From sequence record SRR22947727_1183: a stretch of DNA of 45,273 nucleotides. One strand, given 5' to 3'. The position numbers were made by a program, and so were the translations under genes. Positions 9,965 through 19,269 of the stretch are shown piece by piece (positions within the stretch are counted from its first letter, which is position 1; each line of letters begins with the position of its first letter). The notes under the pieces were generated by a model. The model saw only the letters and a list, made by a program, of their open reading frames with translations. It ran no database searches and was not told where the DNA came from.

Positions 9965-11280
9965 GACTTGCTTGGCGTAACGCTGAACGGCCCAACACCA
10001 GCGGAGCGGGCGAGCAGTTCCATCGGGTGCTCCACCTTGGGGCCGTCTTGGCTGAGGTAACGCCTCAGTTGCAGGCTGCAACCGATGTTGGCGCTGGCCA
10101 CAATCTCGGCTCCGGTGCTGCTGAGGTCGTCGGCTTTGAGTTGGCCGAGTTCTGCGGCCTCGTCGGGTTGTACCAGGTTGTAGATGCCGGCACTCCCGCA
10201 ACACACTCCGGCTTCTGTGGCTTCTTTGAGCCTGAGTTGGGGAATGGCACGCAGCAAGTCCCTGGGCTGGGCGGCAATCCCCTGGCCATGGATCATGTGG
10301 CAGGCGTCGTGATACGCCACCGTGCAGGGCAGCGGCCTGAGCGCTTGTTGAAACGACTCTGAAAGCCCGCGATTCGCCAGGAATTCATGCACGTCCAACA
10401 CCGGCGCAGTGAAGTTGTCTTCTCCATCGAGAAGCTCCCCATAGGCCTTCATGGTGTGCCCGCAGCCGGAGGCGGCCACGAGCACGGCATCCAGGGCCTC
10501 CTCTGAAAAGCTCTGCACCAAGGCGCTGGCCAGTTCCTGGGTTTGTTGGAGTTGGCCTTGGTGATGGCTCACCGCCCCGCAGCAGCCTTGATGGGCTGGA
10601 ATCACCACCTCGAAGCCGTTGGCCTGCAAAACGGCAACAGTGGCCTCATTCACCCCTGGATCAAAGCAACGTTGCACGCAACCAAGCACCAAGCCCACCC
10701 GTCCCCGTTGCTTGCCGTGTGCTGGATTCACCCGCGGGAAACGATCGGTAAACCCTTCAGGCGGCAAAGGAGGCAAGAGCGCTTCCATCGCTGCCAGTTG
10801 TGGACCCAGCAGCCGTAACAGGCCTGTTTTGTGTGTGAAACGCTGCAGTCCGGTGCCGGCATAGGCGCGCAAGGGCTGCAGCAGAGCACGCAAGCGGTTG
10901 GGGTAGGGCAGCACCATCAGCAGCAGCTGCCGGAAACTGGTTTGCCAACTGCTGCGGAACTCCGGTTGGTTGAGTTTGGGGCGGGTCGCCTCGATGAGCT
11001 GGTCGTAGCGCACGCCTGATGGGCAGGCGGTCACGCAAGCGAAGCAGCCTAAGCAGCTGTCGAAATGGCTGGCCACCGTGGCGTCGAGCTCCAGTTCTCC
11101 AGCCTCGATCGCTTTGAGGGCATGGATGCGCCCGCGCGGGGAGTCCATCTCCGTGCCAAGCACTCGGTAGCTGGCGCAGGTGGGCAAACAAAATCCGCAG
11201 TGAACGCAGGGGTCCGTCACGCCCTCCGGTAGTCCAGGGAGGCGCGAACTCGACGACTGGGAGCTTGGATCGGCACTCAT
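9961..11280 (-). CDS. glcF: Glycolate dehydrogenase iron-sulfur subunit
   Basis: CVHCGFCLPTC and CLGCFACVTACP ferredoxin motifs, SPRGRI, two CCG domains. Confidence 0.92.
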   Translation of the reverse strand: MSADPSSQSSSSRLPGLPEGVTDPCVHCGFCLPTCASYRVLGTEMDSPRGRIHALKAIEAGELELDATVASHFDSCLGCFACVTACPSGVRYDQLIEATRPKLNQPEFRSSWQTSFRQLLLMVLPYPNRLRALLQPLRAYAGTGLQRFTHKTGLLRLLGPQLAAMEALLPPLPPEGFTDRFPRVNPAHGKQRGRVGLVLGCVQRCFDPGVNEATVAVLQANGFEVVIPAHQGCCGAVSHHQGQLQQTQELASALVQSFSEEALDAVLVAASGCGHTMKAYGELLDGEDNFTAPVLDVHEFLANRGLSESFQQALRPLPCTVAYHDACHMIHGQGIAAQPRDLLRAIPQLRLKEATEAGVCCGSAGIYNLVQPDEAAELGQLKADDLSSTGAEIVASANIGCSLQLRRYLSQDGPKVEHPMELLARSAGVGPFSVTPSKS

Positions 11281-11372
11281 CCAACAAGTCTGGCTGCTCG
11301 CGGCTAATGAATGCCCTCTCCTCTAAACATTGTTTCGAAACAACGCTGCCAAAAAGACTGGATTGGAAATAA

Positions 11373-12101
11373 TTAATTTCTCTTTAGGCGCTTCAAGATG
11401 GTGAGATGATTGGCGCAACGGAGCTGATTCACGACCGCTGGATGCATAGGGCCCGCTAATTCGGGTTGCGAATCAAGGATCATCGGAGCGCAGAGATAAT
11501 TAACAATCAGCGCATAGCGATTGGCTCCAGTGCGATTACGACGTGAACCATGCATTGTCCAGGGAGCATGAATTGTGGCGTCCCCGAATGCCATAGGTGC
11601 AGCTTCCACGATGGGGGTTGCAGGGAGAAACCCATCTGGACGCCTAGAGGCCAGATGTGGTTGCATCAACAGGCAGTGGTGGTGACTTCCAGGCAAGAAC
11701 TGCAGCGGTGCATTGGCGACATCGACTGCTTGCAGCGGAAGCCAGAGCGTGAGGGCCGAAAGCAGGTCAGAAGGGATAAAACGGGCATCTTGATGCCACG
11801 CCGTTCCAGGCTCCCCTGGGCGCCTGCAGTAAAGGGTGACTGCAAACAATTGAAATCGCGCATCCGTGAGGCCGCTGCTGTTGCGCAGTTGATGGGTAAG
11901 GCTGGGATCGTTGAGTATCTGTGCTAATCCAGGGACGTCATCCTGCAGAAACCAAAGATCGGCGCCTCGGGCCTGCCAAGTCTGAGCCCTCTGCAGAATC
12001 CTTGGGGTGAGCGCAAGCAATTGGAGTCGGTCCCTGGCGCTCAGCAGCTGAGGAAGCAGGGCAAAACCATCACGTTCGAACCGGGCATTAGCCAGTTGCA
12101 T
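11373..12101 (-). CDS. Phytanoyl-CoA dioxygenase (PhyH) family Fe(II)/2OG dioxygenase
   Basis: FERDGF, WHQD, LTLWLPL, LPGSH, GDATIH...HGS..N....R pattern. Confidence 0.88.
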   Translation of the reverse strand: MQLANARFERDGFALLPQLLSARDRLQLLALTPRILQRAQTWQARGADLWFLQDDVPGLAQILNDPSLTHQLRNSSGLTDARFQLFAVTLYCRRPGEPGTAWHQDARFIPSDLLSALTLWLPLQAVDVANAPLQFLPGSHHHCLLMQPHLASRRPDGFLPATPIVEAAPMAFGDATIHAPWTMHGSRRNRTGANRYALIVNYLCAPMILDSQPELAGPMHPAVVNQLRCANHLTILKRLKRN

Positions 12102-12969
12102 GGCTGAGCAAATAGAGCTTCATCGACCAGACCCCATCGACGTTTGGACTGAGTTTGATGTGGCTGAAGCGCTCGACATGGCCAGATGTCGACTCTTGAA
12201 GCCACTTGTGATGTCGATGGCGGCAGTGCTCAATCACTGTGGCTGGACACCACGGGCAAAGAGCCTGCAGCAAGTTGATGACGCTGGGATCTTGCGACGT
12301 GCTGGCCCGTTGCAGCCGACCAGCTGGATAGAGCTCAAATCCAACTCGAGTGAGCCCATGGACTCCCCAGTCGAAGGTGGCAGACCAACAGAGACTGGAA
12401 AGATCGAGCAATGTTTTCAGCTCAAGGGAACAAAGCTGCGGCACTTGCGTCTCCAGCCAGGCCCATTGCTCTGCACCCGTGAGGTTGAGACGGATTTGCC
12501 CTTGCTGATGACTGAGACGGCTGGGGAATAACCCGCAATGGCTGATCTGCAGCTTGAGACCTCCCAGCTCAGGAGGGAACCAGGGAGTTGTCAGCGTCGG
12601 CAAGAGCTGATGGCGTGCGGCCATCACACCTCGGTGGCATTGGCCTCTGCGGTGATCCAGACGGAAGAAGACCCCGGGCTTGCCAGCGAAGGGATTGTCA
12701 AATTCGAGCCAGGGTTCCCGCAGAAGGCCCTTGGCGTTTCGAAAGGCCTCGTCAATGGCGGCGCAGTGTGAAGCCCAGTTTTGCCAGTGTTGACGTTGAC
12801 GTTGACGGGGAGCCGGCAAGGGCAGCGACAGATCGACAGCACCATCTGGATCATCGATGCGGTATTCCCACAGCGCCACTGTGGTGATCGGTGGAATCAG
12901 ACGTAGCAATGCAGGGATGTGTGATTGAGGTTGAGGCGCAGAAAGCCTCCCAAGACCACCCGCTGGCAC
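12088..12969 (-). CDS. Hypothetical protein, possible ABBA/PT-barrel prenyltransferase-like fold
   Basis: 293-aa ORF overlapping both neighbours; true start probably nearer 12900 or 12880; ten short beta-strand-like motifs in five pairs. Confidence 0.6.
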   Translation of the reverse strand: MPAGGLGRLSAPQPQSHIPALLRLIPPITTVALWEYRIDDPDGAVDLSLPLPAPRQRQRQHWQNWASHCAAIDEAFRNAKGLLREPWLEFDNPFAGKPGVFFRLDHRRGQCHRGVMAARHQLLPTLTTPWFPPELGGLKLQISHCGLFPSRLSHQQGQIRLNLTGAEQWAWLETQVPQLCSLELKTLLDLSSLCWSATFDWGVHGLTRVGFELYPAGRLQRASTSQDPSVINLLQALCPWCPATVIEHCRHRHHKWLQESTSGHVERFSHIKLSPNVDGVWSMKLYLLSHATG

Positions 12970-13599
12970 GACCCTCCAGTCCTACGAATTTGATGGCGAT
13001 GGCACCCTGCGTTGAACAGCAGCAGTTCGCCTGCGTTGAGTGTCACCAGATCGTCTTGGCCACTGATCTGGAGTTCTCCGCCACTGCTTGCGGTTTCGAC
13101 GCTGTAGAGAAAGCTCATCTGAAAGTTGGGTTCAAAATCTGACTCCATCAACGTTCCGTTTTCGATCACATTTACCCTGTTCCAGTCCTGCTCGCAATGG
13201 AAGGGAATGCCTTCACCGGTCTCCATTTCCCGAGAGCCCAACCGGGTAAAGCCTGACCATTAGCGAGCCGCAGGGCAACCATCGGTCGCGAGAAGGTCTT
13301 GCTCAACAGAGCCGTTGCTGGTTCGAAAAAGAGTCGATCCAGCTCTTGCACCGCAGGAGTACGCAGAAGCCCCAGACTACTGAGGTAGCTGCTTGGATCG
13401 GTCCAACACAGCTACGGGGCAAGGTGCGCCCCCAAGGAGTAGGGGCCCAGGCTGACTGGGAGCTTGCAGCCCTGAGCTCCCTGCAGAGCTGAACAATGGC
13501 GTCATGGTTGAAAGACGGGCGCCAGCACTTCATGGCCAGGTCTCCAGCCAGCACGGCCTCAAGGTGAGTAGCGCGATTCTGGGATGACTCAGTGGTCAA
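12897..13599 (-). pseudogene. 2OG-Fe(II) oxygenase interrupted by two single-base frameshifts
   Basis: C-terminal part has HCE, GGEL, GELLLFN, HRH, RVVLGGF; a third-frame segment (WTDPSSYL...GQALPGWA) bridges the 98-aa and 114-aa ORFs; adding 2 nt gives ~234 aa. Confidence 0.75.
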
Positions 13600-13888
13600 A
13601 GATCCAAATAAAGATTTAGATTAAAAACGCCAGACAATCATGCCTGTAGACCCACTACAGTACAGAAGTTCCACTTTAGGATCAGCAATATGACATTGAG
13701 GATCTTAGTCAGGATGTGGGCTACTAAAACTATTCCATGGAGCTTCACCTACCTTCAAGCATTAAATTGCCATAAAACCTCGGCTGCTCAACAGCTCCAT
13801 GTCAAGACTGAATCCAGGATTGAAGTAGACTGGAAAATAGTATGAGTTTAGAAATTTACTCCTTAAAGCATTTAATCATCCTTGATAA

Positions 13889-15343
13889 TTAATCACTAAG
13901 CGGCTTAAGACAGTTTAATGCACGCAAATTGTCAACACTTGGAAGAATTCTATGACATTTCGCACCGAGAGATGCAAGCCGGGAATAATCTTTTTCGTAA
14001 AACTTTCTAATATAAGTCGACCTTGAGAGTGCATAGATAAAGGTTGAATTCTCTGGTAAATTTTGATAATAAGCGCTTAGCGAATCATGCACCTTTTTAT
14101 CAGACAGCTTAATCCAAGCTCTTCTGCTTTTACCTGGAATCAGGTTGCTATTTGAATAAACAAAATCACTAAGGTTTAAGGAATTGTATTGCCTAGAGAT
14201 TTTATTAATAAATTGTGATCCAAGAACAGTTGCTAGCCGGTGCTCTGTCTTACTCCTTGATAAAAGTATCTGGGGGTTTCTCCTAGCCGATACTGCGTTA
14301 CACCAAAGGTCAAAGATGGTAATTGGCAAAAACAAGAAAAGTAAATATTTTAATTTAATATTGACTGACCGATCAGAAAAGAAGCTCGCAGCTAAGACGC
14401 TGAAGCCACATATCAAACTTGGAATGGCAATTATATAATAGCGCGCTGAAGACGAAGGCTTAATTAATGATAGCAATAACGTAAATAGAACAACTAACGC
14501 AACAGCATCTAGACTTAAAGCCTTAGATATTAATTTTATTTTCTTGGTCCCCACTTGTAGCAACATCCAAAGGACTGCGACTCCAAAAACAAAAACCAAA
14601 AGTGGCCAATTAGTCCCAAGCGAAAGTTTTAATATATCAGTAATAGTAGATATCGAGGTTTGATCAAGCGTTCCTCTACCTCCTTGAGAGACCAGAAAAC
14701 CGATATTCAACAGAGTCCAAAGAGTCGGAAGCACCAGTGAGAGCAAGTTGAATTTAAAAAACTCTTTTCGTTTAAATATTAAATCACAGAACGAAATGGA
14801 AAGTACCAAAGCGTATCCGTAGAAGTGAGTGAGACTCAAGGCTGTTAATGTCAATACATAAAAGAGGAAGTTATTCTTGCAAGATCTATTGTTGAAAACT
14901 ATTCTTGCCCTAACGATCAGAAGCAAATTGATCAACAAAAGAAGTAGTGCATATGCTTTTCCTTCTGATGCATAACGGACTGCAAATGGCGAGGAAGCTG
15001 TTAATAAAAATGCGAGAGCAGGATAAGGCTCTTTGGAAAATGTTGATTTAATAACCACACTTGACGCAAAGCAAGCTCCCACATAAGCAATCCAAGAAAA
15101 CCCCCTTAATGTTAAAAGAGTTTTGCCAAATATTTGGCCAGACCCCATCATTAATAAGTAATAAAATGGAGGATGAGTATCTCTACTAAGATATTTAAAC
15201 AAAAACGGGACAGAGCTTTGAAATGATTTCTCTACCGTTGACAATTCATCATTCCAAAGACTGGTACTTTGAAGTGTCGTCATAGCTTTAACCATGAACA
15301 GAATTCCTATTAAATAAAAGAGCATCTTCAGAATGCTTTTCAT
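13889..15343 (-). CDS. GT-C fold membrane glycosyltransferase (GT39/ArnT/PMT-like)
   Basis: SLWNDE, DTHPPFYY, PFAVRYASEGKAYAL, THFYG; multi-TM; AT-rich; ORF open to 15379, start uncertain. Confidence 0.82.
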   Translation of the reverse strand: MKSILKMLFYLIGILFMVKAMTTLQSTSLWNDELSTVEKSFQSSVPFLFKYLSRDTHPPFYYLLMMGSGQIFGKTLLTLRGFSWIAYVGACFASSVVIKSTFSKEPYPALAFLLTASSPFAVRYASEGKAYALLLLLINLLLIVRARIVFNNRSCKNNFLFYVLTLTALSLTHFYGYALVLSISFCDLIFKRKEFFKFNLLSLVLPTLWTLLNIGFLVSQGGRGTLDQTSISTITDILKLSLGTNWPLLVFVFGVAVLWMLLQVGTKKIKLISKALSLDAVALVVLFTLLLSLIKPSSSARYYIIAIPSLICGFSVLAASFFSDRSVNIKLKYLLFLFLPITIFDLWCNAVSARRNPQILLSRSKTEHRLATVLGSQFINKISRQYNSLNLSDFVYSNSNLIPGKSRRAWIKLSDKKVHDSLSAYYQNLPENSTFIYALSRSTYIRKFYEKDYSRLASLGAKCHRILPSVDNLRALNCLKPLSD

Positions 15344-15632
15344 GCAAATCCTGCCTGTAACTTGCCTGCTGGAATTCATGCCTGTATTAGCAATGGATAG
15401 GTTGAAAAATGAACCGGCAAATCAGAAAACTATGTTCGGAATAATGACTTGTGGTCGCTGCTATTTACAGCCTTATTCGTTTTGCTGAGCACTGTCAATT
15501 ACTCATATTGGGCATTTACCCTAACGCATTGCGCAGAAACCCTTGAAAAATTAACCACAAATGAAACATTACAGTCTCTAGATTAGCACGCTTTTTGTTA
15601 TTTGGATTGACCCTTCTAGCGTGATTAGTTGC

Positions 15633-16778
15633 TTACAAGGTCTTGAAAGGTCGCAAAATTATTTTAATGAGCTTAAGCATGGGTTCGATCGATTTTATTT
15701 GACGATTCTGGATGTTGTGCGCCGACTTTAAAATATTGTTATCTCCTTCTAGATTGAGAGCCATTTCTAGTATTAGATCTAGAAGAGCATCTCGGTCAAG
15801 AGTGTAGTCATCGTTTTGCTGAAGAGGTTTAATTTGTTTTTTTATTAAATCCACTTCCCCCTTGAAGAGTTCTAGGCTTTGCTCCCCAAAGCGTTCGCGA
15901 GCTAAAATGAGATTTGAATTGTGAAATCTAAGCGCAAGTGCTTTTCGATGTGCTTCTTCAAGGTAGGTGTAATCCTTATTTGATTTTTTGTGCATAAGTG
16001 AGTTGATGGCTCTTATATATTGTGGCCTTTGATGCTGAGGAATTTTGGAGTTGAGTTCTCTTGTGACTTCAACAACATGTCGGGGCCAGCCTGGGTTGCT
16101 AATGGCAAATGGTTTATTGGTAGCGGCAAGGTCAAATTCATCTGGAATGAGCCCTAGATGTTCAACAAATTGTTTAAGTATAGATGTTTCGTCCTGAAAA
16201 TACTCTTTGCCGTATCTCGCAATGATTACATTGTCTCGACCAAGCTCTTCTTCGTAATTCTTTGCCATTGATAGCCAGCTGAACCCACCTATTTCGATGT
16301 TTTCTAAATAGTAGTCAAAAGACTCAGGGTATCCATGTTTGACATTTTGGGTGTACATTGATTCAATGAAATCATCTTGCCTCCGGAAAAATGTTATGGA
16401 CTTGACCCTAAATTTTTGATTGTATTGAGCAATGAATTTTGCATAATGTCCGGCGTCGAGGTATCCATTGCGATTATTCCCTGAAAAGCCTTCCCAGCTG
16501 ATAATAAAGCTATGTAGTTTTTTGTCGGACTTGTTCTGGCATCGGGCGATAGAATCTGTAATTGGGTCGTATTGAGTTGTGGCTTTGTTGTTCTTTTGAT
16601 TTGTGCCGATTGTTTTGGCAATTTGTTTGATCTGGGCTCGTTCCGATGTGTTTAGGCCGGCAATACCAAAGCCTTTTCTTTCAAAAATCTTGCGATTGGC
16701 TTTAAGAAACCTTTGTATTGCAGTAGTTCCAGTTTTATGTGTGCCAGTGTGAAAAAATAAATTTCTTTTCTTTTGCAT
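15633..16778 (-). CDS. Sulfotransferase-like P-loop protein
   Basis: FHTGTHKTGTTAIQ, IISWEGF, FFRRQDDFIESMY; AT-rich. Confidence 0.72.
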   Translation of the reverse strand: MQKKRNLFFHTGTHKTGTTAIQRFLKANRKIFERKGFGIAGLNTSERAQIKQIAKTIGTNQKNNKATTQYDPITDSIARCQNKSDKKLHSFIISWEGFSGNNRNGYLDAGHYAKFIAQYNQKFRVKSITFFRRQDDFIESMYTQNVKHGYPESFDYYLENIEIGGFSWLSMAKNYEEELGRDNVIIARYGKEYFQDETSILKQFVEHLGLIPDEFDLAATNKPFAISNPGWPRHVVEVTRELNSKIPQHQRPQYIRAINSLMHKKSNKDYTYLEEAHRKALALRFHNSNLILARERFGEQSLELFKGEVDLIKKQIKPLQQNDDYTLDRDALLDLILEMALNLEGDNNILKSAHNIQNRQIKSIEPMLKLIKIILRPFKTL

Positions 16779-16830
16779 TGTCTTGTGTTGGCTTTGCAGG
16801 ATTTTGGTGAGCTAATCCATCTTTTGGTGC

Positions 16831-18255
16831 TCAAAAGCGCTCGATAATGGCGTCTGCGAAGCCACTACAACTCACCGGATCCACTTTGGGCTCCATCAAT
16901 CGGGCGAGGTCATAGGTGACCTGTTTGTCTTTGATGGCGGCGCTGAGGCCATTGGTGATCAGGTCGGCAGCATCCTGCCAGCCGAGGAATTCCAGCATCA
17001 TCACCCCACTCAGGATCACGGAACCGGGGTTGATGCGATCCAATCCTGCGTGCTTGGGGGCGGTGCCATGGGTGGCCTCGAAGATGGCAGACGTTTCGCC
17101 GATGTTGGCGCCAGGGGCCATACCCAGACCGCCCACCATCGCGGCAGCGGCATCGGAGATGTAGTCGCCGTTGAGGTTGAGGGTGGCCAGGATCGAATAC
17201 TCCTGAGGGCGGGTTTGGATCTGCTGGAAGATGCTGTCGGCGATGCGGTCATCCACCAGCACCATGCTTTTCCATTTGCCGTAGCCGTGGCTTTCGCCAA
17301 TCGCTGCAAGCACCTCCCGCACTTCCGAATCGAGCGTCTCTTTTTTCTCGGGCGTCAGGCTGTCGTAGCCGGGCTCAATCATGCGCGCATTGTCCTGTGC
17401 ACTGAGCGAGTGATCGCGGTCGAGATTGTCGAGAATCCAACTCTCACGTTCGGTGATGCAAACATCGCGGAATTCAGTGGTGGCTAGCTCGTAGCCCCAG
17501 TCACGGAAGGCGCCTTCCGTGAATTTCATGATGTTGCCTTTATGCACCAGCGTCACGTGACGCTTATTCCCTTCCAAGCGCAGCGCGTGTTGGATGGCTT
17601 TGCGGATGTGGCGCTGGCTGCCGTGCTTGCTCACCGGCTTGATGCCGATGCCGGATCCTTCTGGGATTTGCCGTTTGCCGAGTTTGCCGTTGGCGGGGAT
17701 GACCACTTCATTGAGATGCTTGCGCAGCTCTTGGCCGATCGGATCATCGGCTTCCCACTCAATTCCCATATAAATGTCTTCCGTGTTTTCCCGGTAGACG
17801 ATCACGTCAAGGTCTTGGGGGCGCTTGTGGGGACTGGGGGTGCCTTCGTAGTAGCTGCAGGGCCGGACACAGCAGTAGAGATCGAAAATTTGTCGCAGGG
17901 CGACGTTTAGGGAACGAATGCCGCCACCGACAGGTGTGGTGAGTGGACCTTTAATCGCGACACCGAAGCTGCGTATCGCTTCAAGGGTGTCTTCAGGAAG
18001 ATATTGGTAGGTGCCGTAAAGGTCGCAGGCTTCATCACCGGCATAGACCTTGAACCACTCGATCGTTTTCTCGCCTTTGTAGGCCTGAGCCACAGCCGCA
18101 TCGAGCACCTTCTGGGTGGCGGGCCAGATGTCCACTCCGGTGCCGTCGCCGCGAATGAAAGGAATGATCGGATCGTTCGCAACGATGGGTTGGCCGTTTT
18201 CGAAGCGGATTGGTGTGCCCTTGATGGGGGCGGTGAGCTTCTCAAACTGAGCCAT
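16831..18255 (-). CDS. icd: NADP-dependent isocitrate dehydrogenase
   Basis: [60 protein letters not shown]; start ATG 18255. Confidence 0.98.
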   Translation of the reverse strand: MAQFEKLTAPIKGTPIRFENGQPIVANDPIIPFIRGDGTGVDIWPATQKVLDAAVAQAYKGEKTIEWFKVYAGDEACDLYGTYQYLPEDTLEAIRSFGVAIKGPLTTPVGGGIRSLNVALRQIFDLYCCVRPCSYYEGTPSPHKRPQDLDVIVYRENTEDIYMGIEWEADDPIGQELRKHLNEVVIPANGKLGKRQIPEGSGIGIKPVSKHGSQRHIRKAIQHALRLEGNKRHVTLVHKGNIMKFTEGAFRDWGYELATTEFRDVCITERESWILDNLDRDHSLSAQDNARMIEPGYDSLTPEKKETLDSEVREVLAAIGESHGYGKWKSMVLVDDRIADSIFQQIQTRPQEYSILATLNLNGDYISDAAAAMVGGLGMAPGANIGETSAIFEATHGTAPKHAGLDRINPGSVILSGVMMLEFLGWQDAADLITNGLSAAIKDKQVTYDLARLMEPKVDPVSCSGFADAIIERF

Positions 18256-18349
18256 GGAGGGGTCGCTGCCTGGCGGCATTTTGGATTTGGCGAGCTTATG
18301 ACTCGGGGGGTGCTGCTTAAGGTTCCCTGTAAGCCTCCACGCACGATTG

Positions 18350-18666
18350 ATGTTGAAACCTCAAGGTGTCTGGGTTGTGGCAGCTTGTTTCAACGAACAG
18401 GCCGTGATCACCCACTTCATCGAGCGAGTTCTGGCTGTATCAGAGGTGGAGCGGTTGTTGTTGATCGACGATGGCTCAAGCGATGACACCGTGCCTCAGA
18501 TTCGGGTCTAGCAAGAGCCACAGGTCCAACTCGCTTCAGCCGCTCCTGTCTCCGTGTTCGAGCTCACTCGTGATATTGGGAAAGAGGAGCGATTTTGTCC
18601 GGTCTCGATAAAATTCGCGGTGACTGTGCGGCTGCGGTGCTGATCGATTCCGATCTGAAGGTGTAG
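18350..18666 (+). pseudogene. Truncated, decayed GT2 glycosyltransferase (GtrB/ArnC/Dpm1-like)
   Basis: Manual translation: [20 protein letters not shown]...LLLIDDGSSDDT..RV*(TAG 18509)...ELTRDIGKEE / frameshift / AILSGLD..GDCAAAVLIDSDLKV*. Confidence 0.85.
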
Positions 18667-18807
18667 CGGGCCTGACCGAGATATCCGATGCGTCCGTCAA
18701 GACTGATCCGAGTGAGGGGAGCTGCCAGGGGTTTGCTGTCGCTGTGGATGAACCGTAACGGCAGTTGGCGCAAGCTCTGCTGACCCTTCACCCTGTGTTC
18801 AGCGGCG

Positions 18808-19269
18808 ATGAACTCTGTGAATGCGGCGGCGGCGGTCCATAGCGTGGCCTTGGCCCAGGCTCTAGCCACCAGCGTCACGCTGGTGCGACGGCAGTTCTCT
18901 GCGGCTCAGCCGAATTTGAGTCCGTGGCGTGATGACCCTTCCACCCGCCATTGGGACGAGGCCGCAACCTTGGATTTCGCCTTCGATTTCCCAGGCTGGA
19001 GCCCGCGGCTTCAATGTCGGAGTCTGTTGCTGCAGTTACGGCTCAAGCCGGAGGAGGGACGGACGGACTCGTCTTGTCCTTCCCTCCTTGGCGTGGTGAT
19101 GCGCGGCATGACCTTTGAAGGCGAACGCTGGCGTTTGGCAACGGTGGGCGATTGGTTGCCGGCTGGCCCCCATCTACCCCAACCGGATCAGGTGGAGCAG
19201 CTGCAATTGATTTGTCGAGAGTTGTTTGAAGTGTTCGAAAAGGGTGTGCCCAATCGCACCAGTTCTTAA
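18808..19269 (+). CDS. Conserved hypothetical protein (cyanobacterial)
   Basis: 153-aa ORF with Trp-rich motifs (LSPWRDDP, FPGWSPRLQCRS) directly upstream of heme oxygenase. Confidence 0.75.
   Translation: MNSVNAAAAVHSVALAQALATSVTLVRRQFSAAQPNLSPWRDDPSTRHWDEAATLDFAFDFPGWSPRLQCRSLLLQLRLKPEEGRTDSSCPSLLGVVMRGMTFEGERWRLATVGDWLPAGPHLPQPDQVEQLQLICRELFEVFEKGVPNRTSS

Noticed and set aside
12789-12807. Short tandem repeat (GTTGAC)x3
   Set aside because: In-frame hexamer encoding RQRQRQ; too short to be an array or a phase-variable tract
13644-13660. CTGTAG-ACCCA-CTACAG inverted repeat resembling an NtcA site
   Set aside because: GTA-TAC spacing is 7, not the canonical 8, and a 6-bp stem can arise by chance
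18004-18486. 160-aa plus-strand ORF overlapping the icd start
   Set aside because: Mostly antisense to icd; the real coding signal downstream is the GT2 remnant in another frame
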